Made by a program: the position numbers and the translations under genes. 64,000 bases of DNA from Methanobacteriota archaeon (GTDB taxonomy: Archaea > Methanobacteriota > Methanobacteria > Methanobacteriales > Methanobacteriaceae), in assembly GCA_963787255.1 (NCBI GenBank), contig CAWBCJ010000029.1:160001-224000 (forward strand), written 5' to 3'. The stretch's first letter is position 1. Every line of letters begins with the position of its first letter. Shown here piece by piece: positions 1 to 10,052 of the stretch. Under the pieces are notes generated by a model. The model was not told the origin of the DNA. It searched no databases and saw only the letters and a program-made list of their open reading frames with translations.

Positions 1-875
1 ATATAGCAGAACACGACGGCGATATTATGAGCATTGCCAAAAAAGAAGTAATTACAGTGCCCCAAAGTGCAACAATTAAAGAATCTGCCGAAATAATGGT
101 AAAAAACAAGTTCAGAAGGTTACCTGTAACTGACCCCGGGACAGGAAAAATTCTAGGAATAGTAACATCCATGGATATACTGGACTTTTTAGGTGGTGGG
201 GATAAATACCAGATTTTAGAGAAAAAACACGACGGAAACTTTTTATCTGCCATAAATGAGCCTTTAAGAGAAATTATGACCCGGAAAGTGGAAGTTTTAA
301 ATAATAAAAGCTCCATGGGAGATGCAATTTCAAAAATGCGTGATAAAAAAGTTGGTGCACTTCCAATAATTGATTCAAACGACAAAATAGTAGGAATAGT
401 TTCAGAAAGAGATTTTGCTATCCTTCTTTCAGGGGTTTTAACCGATGAAACAGTTGAGGATTATATGACAACTTCTGTAATTAGTACAACCCCCGGAACA
501 AGAATTGAAGGCGCCACCAAAATAATGGTGAGGAACAAGTTAAGAAGAATCCCTGTAACTGGCGAAGAGAGAAAAACACCACACCCTGAGAATGAAAAAC
601 TTGTAGGAATAGCCACATCAACAGATATTCTAGAATTCCTGGGCAAAAACACAGCCTTTGAAAAACTAATAACTAACAATGCAGATGAAGTCTTAAATAC
701 TACGCTTAATGATATAATGACCCGAAATGTGGTAACAACCAACATATACACAAAATTAGGCGATTTATGCAGTATAATGGAAAAAGAAGGGATTGGGGGA
801 ATGCCCGTAGTAAGAGATAATGAATTACTAGGTATAATTACAGAAAGCGATATTTTAAGGGCAATAAGCGAATAA
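1..875 (+). CDS. CBS-domain protein (4 CBS repeats), probably 5'-truncated by the window edge
   Basis: Repeated CBS motifs (RRLPV..GIVTSMDI, ALPII..GIVSERDF, RRIPV..GIATSTDI, GMPVV..GIITESDI). The frame is open upstream of ATG 27 back to position 3. Confidence 0.9.
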   Translation, partial: IAEHDGDIMSIAKKEVITVPQSATIKESAEIMVKNKFRRLPVTDPGTGKILGIVTSMDILDFLGGGDKYQILEKKHDGNFLSAINEPLREIMTRKVEVLNNKSSMGDAISKMRDKKVGALPIIDSNDKIVGIVSERDFAILLSGVLTDETVEDYMTTSVISTTPGTRIEGATKIMVRNKLRRIPVTGEERKTPHPENEKLVGIATSTDILEFLGKNTAFEKLITNNADEVLNTTLNDIMTRNVVTTNIYTKLGDLCSIMEKEGIGGMPVVRDNELLGIITESDILRAISE

Positions 876-892
876 TTCTAGGCGGTGCTATC

Positions 893-1735
893 ATGAAAGT
901 TAATGAAGTAATGAATGACGAAGTATTTTTAATTCAGGAAAACGAACAGGTAAGTCATGCCAGAAATTTAATGATTAAACACGGGCTAAGCAGAGTTATT
1001 GTCGTAGATAGAGACGATAATCCTGTTGGAATTGTTACAGAAAGAGATTTAACACGTAAATTAAGAGGAAATGGTCCCGCATGGAAAAGAAGGCCAATTG
1101 ATAAAATTTCAATTAGAAGGGTAATGAGTAACGGTCTTCGAACCATAGAAGATGATAAAGACGTGAAAGATGCAGTAGAAATCATGATACGGAACAAAAT
1201 AAGCTCTGTACCTGTTGTAGATTCTGAAGGACTGGCGGGGATGTTAACAAAAACTGACCTCATGAAATTTTACATAGAAAAATACGCCAACAGATGGAAA
1301 GTTTCAGACCTCATGGCCAAAGATGTGGTAACTGTAAACGAAAATCACACCATAACTCACGTTATAAAGGTTATGGATGAAAATAACATAGATGGACTTG
1401 TTGTAATGTTCGACAGTGAAATCGCTGGAGTAATAACACCTGCAGACATTTCCTTTGCCATGGTAGATGACCCTGAAACTGGTGTCAGTGTGGAAAGAAT
1501 CTACTTTATTAGACAGCTTGCTGATGGTGGGGACAAAAGAAAAACCAGAGAAGTTTCAATGCTCACTGCAGGAGACATCATGACTGAAGAGTACATAAAA
1601 ATCAGCTCAAACACTGATGCAGTTGAAGCTGCAAAACTCATGTCTGAGGAAGGAGCAAGCCACATTCCTGTAGTTGAAGGTGAAGATCTGGTTGGAATAA
1701 TCACCAAAACTGACATAATCAAAGGAATTCAATAA
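893..1735 (+). CDS. CBS-domain protein (4 CBS repeats)
   Basis: Four CBS motifs ending GIVTERDL, GMLTKTDL, GVITPADI and GIITKTDI. GGCGGTG RBS upstream. Confidence 0.92.
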   Translation: MKVNEVMNDEVFLIQENEQVSHARNLMIKHGLSRVIVVDRDDNPVGIVTERDLTRKLRGNGPAWKRRPIDKISIRRVMSNGLRTIEDDKDVKDAVEIMIRNKISSVPVVDSEGLAGMLTKTDLMKFYIEKYANRWKVSDLMAKDVVTVNENHTITHVIKVMDENNIDGLVVMFDSEIAGVITPADISFAMVDDPETGVSVERIYFIRQLADGGDKRKTREVSMLTAGDIMTEEYIKISSNTDAVEAAKLMSEEGASHIPVVEGEDLVGIITKTDIIKGIQ

Positions 1736-1783
1736 ATTAAATGAATTTATGGCAATTATAAATAATTTGAGTGAGGGATAAAC

Positions 1784-2608
1784 ATGCATGTAAAAGATAT
1801 AATGAGCAGGGAAGTTTTTGTAATAGATAAAGACCAGAACATTCACGATGCATTAAAACTCATGAAAAAACATAAAATTTCAAGGTTACCCGTTGTAAAC
1901 GTGAACGGGGAAAACAAAAGGGAATTAGTAGGTATAATAACCGAAAAAGATATTGCAATAAGGCTTGGTTCATCAAGATACGGTAATTTAGCCCCTTCAC
2001 ATTTCCATATCTCCACAGTTATGAGTACTGATCCGCTAACCATTGGAAGCACCAAAAGTCTTGGAACCGCCGCAAAAATCATGAATGAAAATAAAATCGG
2101 CGGAGTACCGGTTGTAGATGACGGGGAGATTGTAGGCATAATAACAAAAACAGATTTCATTAAAACATGCCAGGGAGTACCTTACAATAATACTCCAATC
2201 AAAGAATGGATGAAAACCAAGCTCATGACCATCAGTCCTGAAGATAGGATAGTTCATGCAAGAAGAATGATAATAGACGAGGAAATAGGAAGATTACCCG
2301 TAATGAGCGGTGGTGAACTTGAAGGAATAATAAGCGCTAAAGACATTGCAAAATCAATGATATCCTTTAGAAAAGTCGTTCCAGACAAATATCAGTCAGC
2401 CAGAATAAGAAATCTCATTGTAGAAGACATAATGACTCAAAATGTGCGGACAATTCCTGAAAACGACACATTAGAAGATGCTTCAACATTGATGATAAAA
2501 GAAAACTTCAGTGGAATACCCGTTATGGACAGTACAAACAATATCACCGGCATTATAACCAAAACAGATCTCATGAATTTCATTGTTGACCTGGAGGAGG
2601 TTCGCTGA
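1784..2608 (+). CDS. CBS-domain protein (4 CBS repeats)
   Basis: SRLPVV..GIITEKDI, GVPVV..GIITKTDF, GRLPV..GIISAKDI, GIPV..GIITKTDL. Confidence 0.92.
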   Translation: MHVKDIMSREVFVIDKDQNIHDALKLMKKHKISRLPVVNVNGENKRELVGIITEKDIAIRLGSSRYGNLAPSHFHISTVMSTDPLTIGSTKSLGTAAKIMNENKIGGVPVVDDGEIVGIITKTDFIKTCQGVPYNNTPIKEWMKTKLMTISPEDRIVHARRMIIDEEIGRLPVMSGGELEGIISAKDIAKSMISFRKVVPDKYQSARIRNLIVEDIMTQNVRTIPENDTLEDASTLMIKENFSGIPVMDSTNNITGIITKTDLMNFIVDLEEVR

Positions 2609-3861
2609 ATTTACCTGAAATTAAGTGTCCAAACTGCAAATCAAAGATGAACATTGATTGGAGGAGAAATAACTCCCTCAATAATTTCTTTTTTAATTGT
2701 TCATCCTGTGATTTAGAATCCAGAGTAGTAATTGAGGATTTTTTAGATAAAAAACTTCAAAAAATCCTTGGAGTAAAGGCTGAAAAGCTGAACCATGCTA
2801 TAGAAAAAGGAATTATTAAGTTCTTTGACTTTCACGGCACACCCGCGCTCCAATTTAAAAAAGACGTTGGTAAAATTGAAGCTGGAACTGCAATTTATTT
2901 TAAAGATAATGTAGAAGTTATAAGGGGCTTTCCAAAGACCCGAAGAACTTTAATGTTGTCTCCAACACTTACAAATCATTTTAAAGATAAAATTGTTGTT
3001 GAAGAGAAGATGAATGGGTACAATGTACGTATAGCTTCACTCGGCGATGAAATAATAGCTCTAACTAGACGGGGATACATGTGCCCTTACACCACAAAAA
3101 AAGCCGTTGAAATAATGGATCTTAACGATTTTTTTAATGATAACCCTGATCTTGTAATTTGCGGCGAAATGGTAGGTACAGACAATCCTTATGTTTCTCA
3201 TTACTACGAAGAAATCGGAAGCCTCGGTTTTAGAGTGTTTGATCTGCGAAAAAAAATTACAAATGATCCTCTCCCGCTTAAAAATAAATATGAGATTCTT
3301 GAAAAATATGGACTTCCCAGCGTCCGTGTTCTTGCAACTTTAAATACTAAAGAAGCCTCTGAAAAAATAAAAGAGATAATTAAAGAAATTGGGGAAAAAA
3401 ACAGAGAAGGAGTGGTAATTAAAGATCCTAAAATGGAAGTTATTCCACTTAAATATACTTCTTCCCAAGCTCATGACGACGAGATAAATTATGCCTTCAC
3501 ATATCCCTTTGATTTTGGAAAAGATTTCTTCTTCAGCAGAGTTATAAGAGAAGGTTTTCAGGCTTTTGAAATGGATGAAAGTGAAGAAGAGCTTCAAGAG
3601 AGAGCCAATAGGCTTGGAAGATCAATTCTGTATTCCATGGTAGATACTATCAAAAATGTGGCCTCTGGAAACATTGCAAGCGAAGACATGGTTATAGACG
3701 TTGAAACTAGAGAAGAAGCTGAAGAATTTCTGCGCCATTTACACGATCTTGGGGTGTACGCACTTTTAATTAAATTTGAAGATAAAAAAGCCGTTATAAG
3801 GAGAATACATCAATCTACAACAGATAAAATCAGCAATTTCCTCAATGGCGGGCTTTATTAA
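2605..3861 (+). CDS. ATP-dependent RNA ligase, archaeal Rnl3 (Pab1020/MthRnl) family, with a probable N-terminal Zn ribbon from a CTG start at 2605
   Basis: Motif I EKMNGYN, ICGEM, FRVFD, REGVVIKD, LKYT. The ORF track starts at ATG 2647, but the frame is open to CTG 2605, which follows GGAGGAGG. Confidence 0.9.
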   Translation: MNLPEIKCPNCKSKMNIDWRRNNSLNNFFFNCSSCDLESRVVIEDFLDKKLQKILGVKAEKLNHAIEKGIIKFFDFHGTPALQFKKDVGKIEAGTAIYFKDNVEVIRGFPKTRRTLMLSPTLTNHFKDKIVVEEKMNGYNVRIASLGDEIIALTRRGYMCPYTTKKAVEIMDLNDFFNDNPDLVICGEMVGTDNPYVSHYYEEIGSLGFRVFDLRKKITNDPLPLKNKYEILEKYGLPSVRVLATLNTKEASEKIKEIIKEIGEKNREGVVIKDPKMEVIPLKYTSSQAHDDEINYAFTYPFDFGKDFFFSRVIREGFQAFEMDESEEELQERANRLGRSILYSMVDTIKNVASGNIASEDMVIDVETREEAEEFLRHLHDLGVYALLIKFEDKKAVIRRIHQSTTDKISNFLNGGLY

Positions 3862-3867
3862 ATATCT

Positions 3868-3900
3868 ATTTTTTTTCCAAAAATTTTATATCTTTTTTTG
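3868..3900 (+). terminator. oligo-T archaeal terminator tracts after the RNA ligase
   Basis: Two long T runs directly after the stop codon. Confidence 0.5.
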
Positions 3901-4008
3901 TAATTTTATTTTAAATATAATGAGTACATAAAACCATCAACATTATAAAATGTTTAATTCAAATAGAAAATTTTTCTATATTAGTTTAAAAATATCCTCG
4001 GGAAAAAT

Positions 4009-4854
4009 ATGTCAAATGATTTACAAAAAATAAGGAAGATAGGATTCCTCGGCCCTTCAGGCACCTATGCAGAAGAAGCAGCTTCAAAATTAGTTGGAGA
4101 ATTAATAGCATTTAATTCTGTAATGGAAGTAATGGAAGCAGTTAAGCAAGGAAAAGTTGATATTGGTGTGGTTCCAATTGAAAATTCCATTGAAGGCCCT
4201 GTAGGTGTTACTCTTGACCTTTTAGCCCATGATTATGATTTAAAAATCAACGGCGAAATAATTTTACCAATAAGTCATAAACTTCTTATAAACCCCCGAT
4301 CATCCATGCAAGACATTGAAATGGTTTATTCTCATGCCCAGGCACTCTCACAGTGCCGAAAATTCATAGAAAAGATGGATGCTAAGCCAGTTGCAACACC
4401 AAGCACTTCAGGAGCTGCAGAAATGGTTAAAGGCCAAAAAAATGCCGCTGCAATTGGAACACAAAAAGCTGCAGATTTATATGGCTTAAAGATCGCTGCT
4501 CAAGATATCCCCGATTATAATGATAATTCAACTCGATTTATTGTTGTGAGCAAACACGATCATGAACCTACCGGCCATGATAAAACTTCTGTTGTTTTTT
4601 CATTGATTGAAGACAGGCCCGGAGGTCTTTACGATGTTCTGGGTGCATTTGCAAAATGCAATGTCAATTTGACCAAAATTGAGTCACGGCCTTCCAAAAA
4701 AAAGCTTGGAAATTATATCTTTTTTATTGATTTTCAAGGTCATAAGGCCGATAAAGAGGTAAAGAACATTTTAAATAACATAAAAAACAAGATATCTTAT
4801 GTTAAGATTCTGGGTTCATATCCCATAGAAGGGGATGATTTAAATAAGTATTGA
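4009..4854 (+). CDS. pheA: prephenate dehydratase
   Basis: FLGPSGTY, VVPIENSIEG, SHAQALSQC, NSTRF, and an ACT domain with NLTKIESRP. Confidence 0.97.
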   Translation: MSNDLQKIRKIGFLGPSGTYAEEAASKLVGELIAFNSVMEVMEAVKQGKVDIGVVPIENSIEGPVGVTLDLLAHDYDLKINGEIILPISHKLLINPRSSMQDIEMVYSHAQALSQCRKFIEKMDAKPVATPSTSGAAEMVKGQKNAAAIGTQKAADLYGLKIAAQDIPDYNDNSTRFIVVSKHDHEPTGHDKTSVVFSLIEDRPGGLYDVLGAFAKCNVNLTKIESRPSKKKLGNYIFFIDFQGHKADKEVKNILNNIKNKISYVKILGSYPIEGDDLNKY

Positions 4855-5494
4855 AAGAGATAAGATTACAAAAAGCCTCAATGAACTTGAAATTGAATTT
4901 AAAAATGGTAATATACCAAAAACCCATTATGAATTTCAGAAGAGGCAATTAACTGAAAAGCTTGAGACTTTAGCTGTTGCAGAAAGAGTAATGAAACTTC
5001 AGGGAAAGAAAACTGCTGAAGCGCCAGTTGAAACAAGTGATGATAAAGAAAATGAGGAATTGTTTAGAAAATACATCACATCTCCAGGGCTTAAAGAAAA
5101 GAATATTGAAAATAATAAAAAGAAGGGAATTTCCCAAAACACCATGGTTGCAACCGCTCTTTTAATTGTAGCCTTCGTTGTGGGTATTGGTTTTGGTATT
5201 TATACCCTTAATATACCTGAAGAGGTTTCCAGCGTTTCTTTATATACAAATGACAGTGCTTTTCCGCCTTTTGTGCTCAATAACACTACTAACGTGACAA
5301 ATACAACTAACAGCACCAAAATGCTGAACACTACTAAAAAAGTTACCACTCCAGTAACTCAACCTACACAAACAAATACAACACCACCTAAGAATACAAC
5401 TAGTAATACAACAACTAAACAGCAAGCAGCAGGCGAGCCAGGTACTCAAAAAACCACCAAGACACAAACAAGTTCAGGTAATTCAAGCCCATGA
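4844..5494 (+). CDS. single-pass membrane protein with a Thr/Asn-rich extracellular tail; probable ATA start at 4844 (ORF track start 4991)
   Basis: TM segment VATALLIVAFVVGIGFGIY and a T-rich C-terminus with NxT sequons. The frame is open for 49 codons upstream of ATG 4991. Confidence 0.75.
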   Translation: MSIERDKITKSLNELEIEFKNGNIPKTHYEFQKRQLTEKLETLAVAERVMKLQGKKTAEAPVETSDDKENEELFRKYITSPGLKEKNIENNKKKGISQNTMVATALLIVAFVVGIGFGIYTLNIPEEVSSVSLYTNDSAFPPFVLNNTTNVTNTTNSTKMLNTTKKVTTPVTQPTQTNTTPPKNTTSNTTTKQQAAGEPGTQKTTKTQTSSGNSSP

Positions 5495-5683
5495 TAGAAC
5501 TTAAAAAAAGTTGAAATATACTTTAACTACATTTTTTTTAATAACAAACAATAATTTCAAGAATTCAGCAAAAAAACACGATTATACAGTAATATATTCA
5601 CTTTTTCTCCTCTTTACAATACTAAAGAAAATAGAAAATTATATATCTGGTTTTCAGATGATAATAGATAGAGGTAGATAAAT

Positions 5684-6232
5684 TTGAAGAAATACTTACT
5701 TGTATTAATCCTCATATCGGCTGTTGTTTTGGCATCTGGATGTACAAACAGTGGAAATCAAACATCTGGAAGTGTACAGAATAAAACTAAAGTGTACAGC
5801 GGAGAGGAGATAACATTTGAATATCCGGGAGGGTGGCAAACCATAGCAAGCCAGGCAAGGGACAGTGCAGTTGCAGTAGGCGATCCAAATTCTGCTGACG
5901 GTAATGGTAATGCCCAAGTAAATGTAGTAGTACAAAAAACTATAAAACCGCAGAATGCTACATTTAAAGACTATTATAATGCTACTTACGCCCAATTTGC
6001 ATCTCAAAATCTGGGTTTTATACCCATATCCGACGGTACCGTAGTAGTAAATGGAATTACCGCCTTTGAAAATATTTATAAAATTAATTCCGGCAGCCAA
6101 AAACAGGAACGTGCTGTATGGATCCTGAAAAACGACAGAATATACATTATACTTTGCAGCGCACCGGTATCAAAATTCAGCAGCCAGCAGGCGAACTTTG
6201 ATAGCATAGTTAACAGCTTCAAAGTCCTTTAA
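5684..6232 (+). CDS. PsbP-related lipoprotein
   Basis: Lipobox LASGC, ITFEYPGGW, C-terminal FDSIVNSFKV. TTG start with GAGGT RBS. Confidence 0.8.
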   Translation: MKKYLLVLILISAVVLASGCTNSGNQTSGSVQNKTKVYSGEEITFEYPGGWQTIASQARDSAVAVGDPNSADGNGNAQVNVVVQKTIKPQNATFKDYYNATYAQFASQNLGFIPISDGTVVVNGITAFENIYKINSGSQKQERAVWILKNDRIYIILCSAPVSKFSSQQANFDSIVNSFKVL

Positions 6233-6399
6233 TTATTAATTTTAATCAAATTTGTATCTAATATTTTCATTTTATAGTAAAAGTAAGTAAAGTTTTATAC
6301 TTTCCACACCAATTATAATGCAAAATAGTGATTTTAAGCTAGCTTATAAAATAGAATTTATAATTAAGTAGGTTCTTAAATCTAATTTACGGTGATATA

Positions 6400-6957
6400 T
6401 TGAAGAAAAACCTTTATATTATATTAATTCTTGTTGTTGCCATTTTTCTAGCTTTTTTTTATTTAAAAAGCCCGGATACATTAAGCAATATCACATCAGG
6501 AGATAATAATTTAAATACCTATTCTGCAAACGGTGTTTCATTTAATTACTCTGAAAACTGGGTACTGGTTAATGAAACTGGTAAATATGTAATTGCATAT
6601 CTCAAGGACACCACTGTAAATGAAACAGATAATAAACCCGGTGCCGTGGTTGAAATCTCCAAAAAAGCCTCCGAGGGTATTCCTCTAGAAAAATTTTATG
6701 ATGAAGTTAAGGTAGGTGCTTCAGGAGTGCCAGGATATCAACAATTATCTGAAAGAAAAACAGAAGTAGATAATGAAACTGCTTATGAATTTACTGCAAG
6801 TGGAATTGATAATGGTGTTGAAGAACAGTTTAGAGTAATTTTATTTGAAAAAGGAGGATATATATACATGATAGCATGCGGAACACGCGCTCCCACTTCT
6901 CTTGCTGATAAAAACAGTGATTTTAACATTATAATCAATAGCTTTAAGGTTCAATAG
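6400..6957 (+). CDS. PsbP-related membrane-anchored protein
   Basis: N-terminal TM, VSFNYSENW, C-terminal FNIIINSFKV. Confidence 0.8.
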   Translation: MKKNLYIILILVVAIFLAFFYLKSPDTLSNITSGDNNLNTYSANGVSFNYSENWVLVNETGKYVIAYLKDTTVNETDNKPGAVVEISKKASEGIPLEKFYDEVKVGASGVPGYQQLSERKTEVDNETAYEFTASGIDNGVEEQFRVILFEKGGYIYMIACGTRAPTSLADKNSDFNIIINSFKVQ

Positions 6958-7161
6958 GTAAAAAGTCTATTAATCTCTTTTTTTGCCAATATTACCAGAT
7001 TTTTCATAATAAAAAAAATATTCGTTTTTTACAAGATAAAAGAATTGTTAGCCCTTTTTTTGTTTTTTTTCAAATAAATTTACATGATTTTTTTTTGAAA
7101 AAAGAAAAATATATTAGTCTGTTTTTTAGAAGATGTTACATATAACTCCAGAGGTAGTCAA

Positions 7162-7842
7162 TTGAGCGGCCCACTAAAAAAAGATAACAGAAATCTCCTT
7201 AGAAGTCCTACAAATAATGGTAATAAAAGGAAAATAATCCCTTTAGGGGTTAAATATCGAAGAGAATTAATTGCAGGATTGATTGCAATTTTAATAGCAC
7301 TTTTAATTATCCTGCTAACCAGCAGTGGGAATACTGTAGAAAATAATACTACTGTAACCAATCAAACCACTGAAATACCAACTAAAATGTATTCTGCAGG
7401 TGGAATATACCTGGAATATCCCGCATCATGGAATGTTACTACTGACGAAGTAAATGGCAACAGCATGCAGATTGTGATACAGGACTCATCCTCAGCAAAT
7501 AATCCTAACAGCACCCAATTAGCAGCATTTACAATACTAAAAGTGCAGAAAGACCCCTATGAAACATTAGAACAGCGGAAAGACAGTTTTATTCAAAGTT
7601 TAACAAGTTCTGGTGCAAACATAGTTCCCACAAATACAACTAACAAAACATTAGGGGGAATAAATGCCACAGAAACTATTTACAATGGTAATGGGCCTAA
7701 ATACGAACAAATACAACTTAAACTGGTGTATTTCGAGCAGAATAGCATAATTTATATTATGGCATTTCTTACCAAGGGGATGGATTTACAAAGCCAAGCA
7801 CCTTACTTTGACGTTATTTTAAATAGTTTCAAACTCCAGTAA
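7162..7842 (+). CDS. PsbP-related membrane-anchored protein
   Basis: TM anchor, IYLEYPASW, C-terminal FDVILNSFKL. Confidence 0.8.
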   Translation: MSGPLKKDNRNLLRSPTNNGNKRKIIPLGVKYRRELIAGLIAILIALLIILLTSSGNTVENNTTVTNQTTEIPTKMYSAGGIYLEYPASWNVTTDEVNGNSMQIVIQDSSSANNPNSTQLAAFTILKVQKDPYETLEQRKDSFIQSLTSSGANIVPTNTTNKTLGGINATETIYNGNGPKYEQIQLKLVYFEQNSIIYIMAFLTKGMDLQSQAPYFDVILNSFKLQ

Positions 7843-8331
7843 AACTAATTTTTTTTAAGATCTAGATTTTAAAAACTTTAGAATATAGATTAATATTCTT
7901 TTTATTTCGGCGTTAAGATAATGAAAATAAATGAGACAAAATTAAAATTTTATCTTTTAACTAAAGATTTAGAAAAATGAAATTTTTTTAATTATTCAGA
8001 GATTATAATAGCATAATATATATTAATGAACAGAATATATATTTGTTATATTGTATTTGAAAGACAGAATGGAAAACTAACAAAGCTGCCTAAATCTGCT
8101 TTTTATTTTAGCTGCATCGAGTGATGTACAAAATAGAAAATCACCTTTTTACCTAAAAAGTTATAATAATGCTGTAAAAGCAATTTTGGGAATTTAATGG
8201 AATTAAAATTAGGAAAATAAATCGCAGTAACGTTTTTGGGAGGGCATGCTACCTATTTGGAGGTTGAATTTGTTGGATGATGCAATTTTTAAATATAATT
8301 TTTAAAATTATCAAGAAAATACTAAGGAGGA

Positions 8332-8835
8332 ATGAAGATGGTATTGCCAGTATGCGATGTCTGTTTAAAAAGTGGAATGTTATGTCAGGGTTGTGAAAAC
8401 AAATTAAAAAGTGGTGAAATAACCCAGCTGGACTTAGACATTGCTAAATTACTTTTCAAACTTGGCGACGGTAAAATAGGATTTAAAAAGACAATAGAAA
8501 TAGGAGACGTCGTTATAATCGTAACAGATAAAGATCAAGTTGGAAAGATCATAGGGAAAAGTGGGAAAATAGTAAGAGCAATATCAAAAAAGGTTGGAAA
8601 GAAAATAAGAGTTATAGGGGAAGGTTCTGACTTCAAAGAGATTGCAAGAGATCTTTTAGCTCCTGCAAGGATTTCAGGAATAAATATAGTCTATGGAATG
8701 GGCGATGAGGAAAAATACAAAATTAGAGTTATGAAGGAAGATTCAAGGAGACTTCCAGCAAGATTAGATGTTTTAAACGACATCATGAATCAATTAACCG
8801 ATGAAAAAACTGTTATTGTTATTGATGACCTTTAA
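8332..8835 (+). CDS. NusA-like KH-domain protein with N-terminal Zn finger (archaeal NusA paralog)
   Basis: CDVC..LCQGC, KH motif IIGKSG. GGAGG RBS. Confidence 0.8.
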   Translation: MKMVLPVCDVCLKSGMLCQGCENKLKSGEITQLDLDIAKLLFKLGDGKIGFKKTIEIGDVVIIVTDKDQVGKIIGKSGKIVRAISKKVGKKIRVIGEGSDFKEIARDLLAPARISGINIVYGMGDEEKYKIRVMKEDSRRLPARLDVLNDIMNQLTDEKTVIVIDDL

Positions 8836-8866
8836 ATAGCAATTTTCGCGCCATAAGAGGACAAAT

Positions 8867-10015
8867 ATGGAAATTGTACTTTGTGTTACAGGGAGTATAG
8901 CTGCAACAGAATCTATTAAACTCACAAGAGAGTTTAAAAGGCAAGGGATTGATGTTAAATGCTTCATGAGTGATGGAGCATCCGAAATAATCCATCCTTA
9001 CGCTATGGAATTTGCAACCGGGCAAAAAGTAGTTACAGAACTTACAGGAGAAATTGAGCACGTTAAATACTCAACTTCAGATCTTGTAATTGTTGCACCG
9101 GCTACTGCAAACGTTATAAGTAAATTCGCCCATAAAATTGCAGATAACCCGATTAACACCCTTTTAATTACAGCTTTTGGTAATAAAACACCTATTTTAA
9201 TAGTTCCATCTATGCACAATTCCATGTACAAAGCAGTTAAGGGAAATATTGAAACCCTTAAATGCGAAAATATTAGTTTTGTTAAGCCTAAAATAGAAGA
9301 AAAAAAGGCAAAATTCCCGGATATTCAGGATATCGTTCTCCATGCCATGCGAAAATTAGATGAAAACAATTTAGAAGGCAAAAAAGTGCTTGTAAGCGCT
9401 GGTGCAACTTATGAGAAGATTGATGAAGTTAGAGGTATTACTAATAGAAGCTCCGGCAAAATGGGTGTTGAAATTGCAAAAGAAGCATTTATTAGAGGTG
9501 CTGATGTTACTTTAATTAAAGGTAAAATGACTGCAGACGTTCCAAATATTTTTAACATCGTAGATGTTGAATCTGTTGAAGAAATGTATGATGCAGTGCT
9601 TGAACAGGTTAAAGATAATGATATATTTATTTCAGCTGCTGCTGTTTCTGATTTTGTCCCTAAAGTAGAAAATAAGGAAAATAAAATTTCATCAGATGCT
9701 GAAATCACTTTAAAGCTTGAAAAAGCGCCGAAAATCATTAGTGAAGTGAAGAAAATAAATCCTGAAATTTTTCTTGTAGGATTTAAAGCCGAATATGATC
9801 TTTCTCGTGAGGAATTGGTTAAATCAGCTTCAAAAAGAGTTGAAGAATTTGATATTGACCTTATGGTTGCAAATGATGTTGCAATTGAAGGTGCGGGTTT
9901 TGGATTTGATGAAAATCAGGTTATTTTAATTGATGAGGATATTATTGATGTTTCTTTGAGTTCTAAAAAGGAAATTGCGGCTAAAATAGTTGATAGGATT
10001 ATTGAAAAACTTTAA
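8867..10015 (+). CDS. coaBC: bifunctional phosphopantothenoylcysteine decarboxylase/synthetase
   Basis: VTGSIAA, APATAN, PSMH, ITNRSSGKMG, AAAVSDF, VGFKAE, VAND. Confidence 0.96.
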   Translation: MEIVLCVTGSIAATESIKLTREFKRQGIDVKCFMSDGASEIIHPYAMEFATGQKVVTELTGEIEHVKYSTSDLVIVAPATANVISKFAHKIADNPINTLLITAFGNKTPILIVPSMHNSMYKAVKGNIETLKCENISFVKPKIEEKKAKFPDIQDIVLHAMRKLDENNLEGKKVLVSAGATYEKIDEVRGITNRSSGKMGVEIAKEAFIRGADVTLIKGKMTADVPNIFNIVDVESVEEMYDAVLEQVKDNDIFISAAAVSDFVPKVENKENKISSDAEITLKLEKAPKIISEVKKINPEIFLVGFKAEYDLSREELVKSASKRVEEFDIDLMVANDVAIEGAGFGFDENQVILIDEDIIDVSLSSKKEIAAKIVDRIIEKL

Positions 10016-10052
10016 TTAATAAATTCTGTTTTAAGTTTTTAAAATTCATTAT

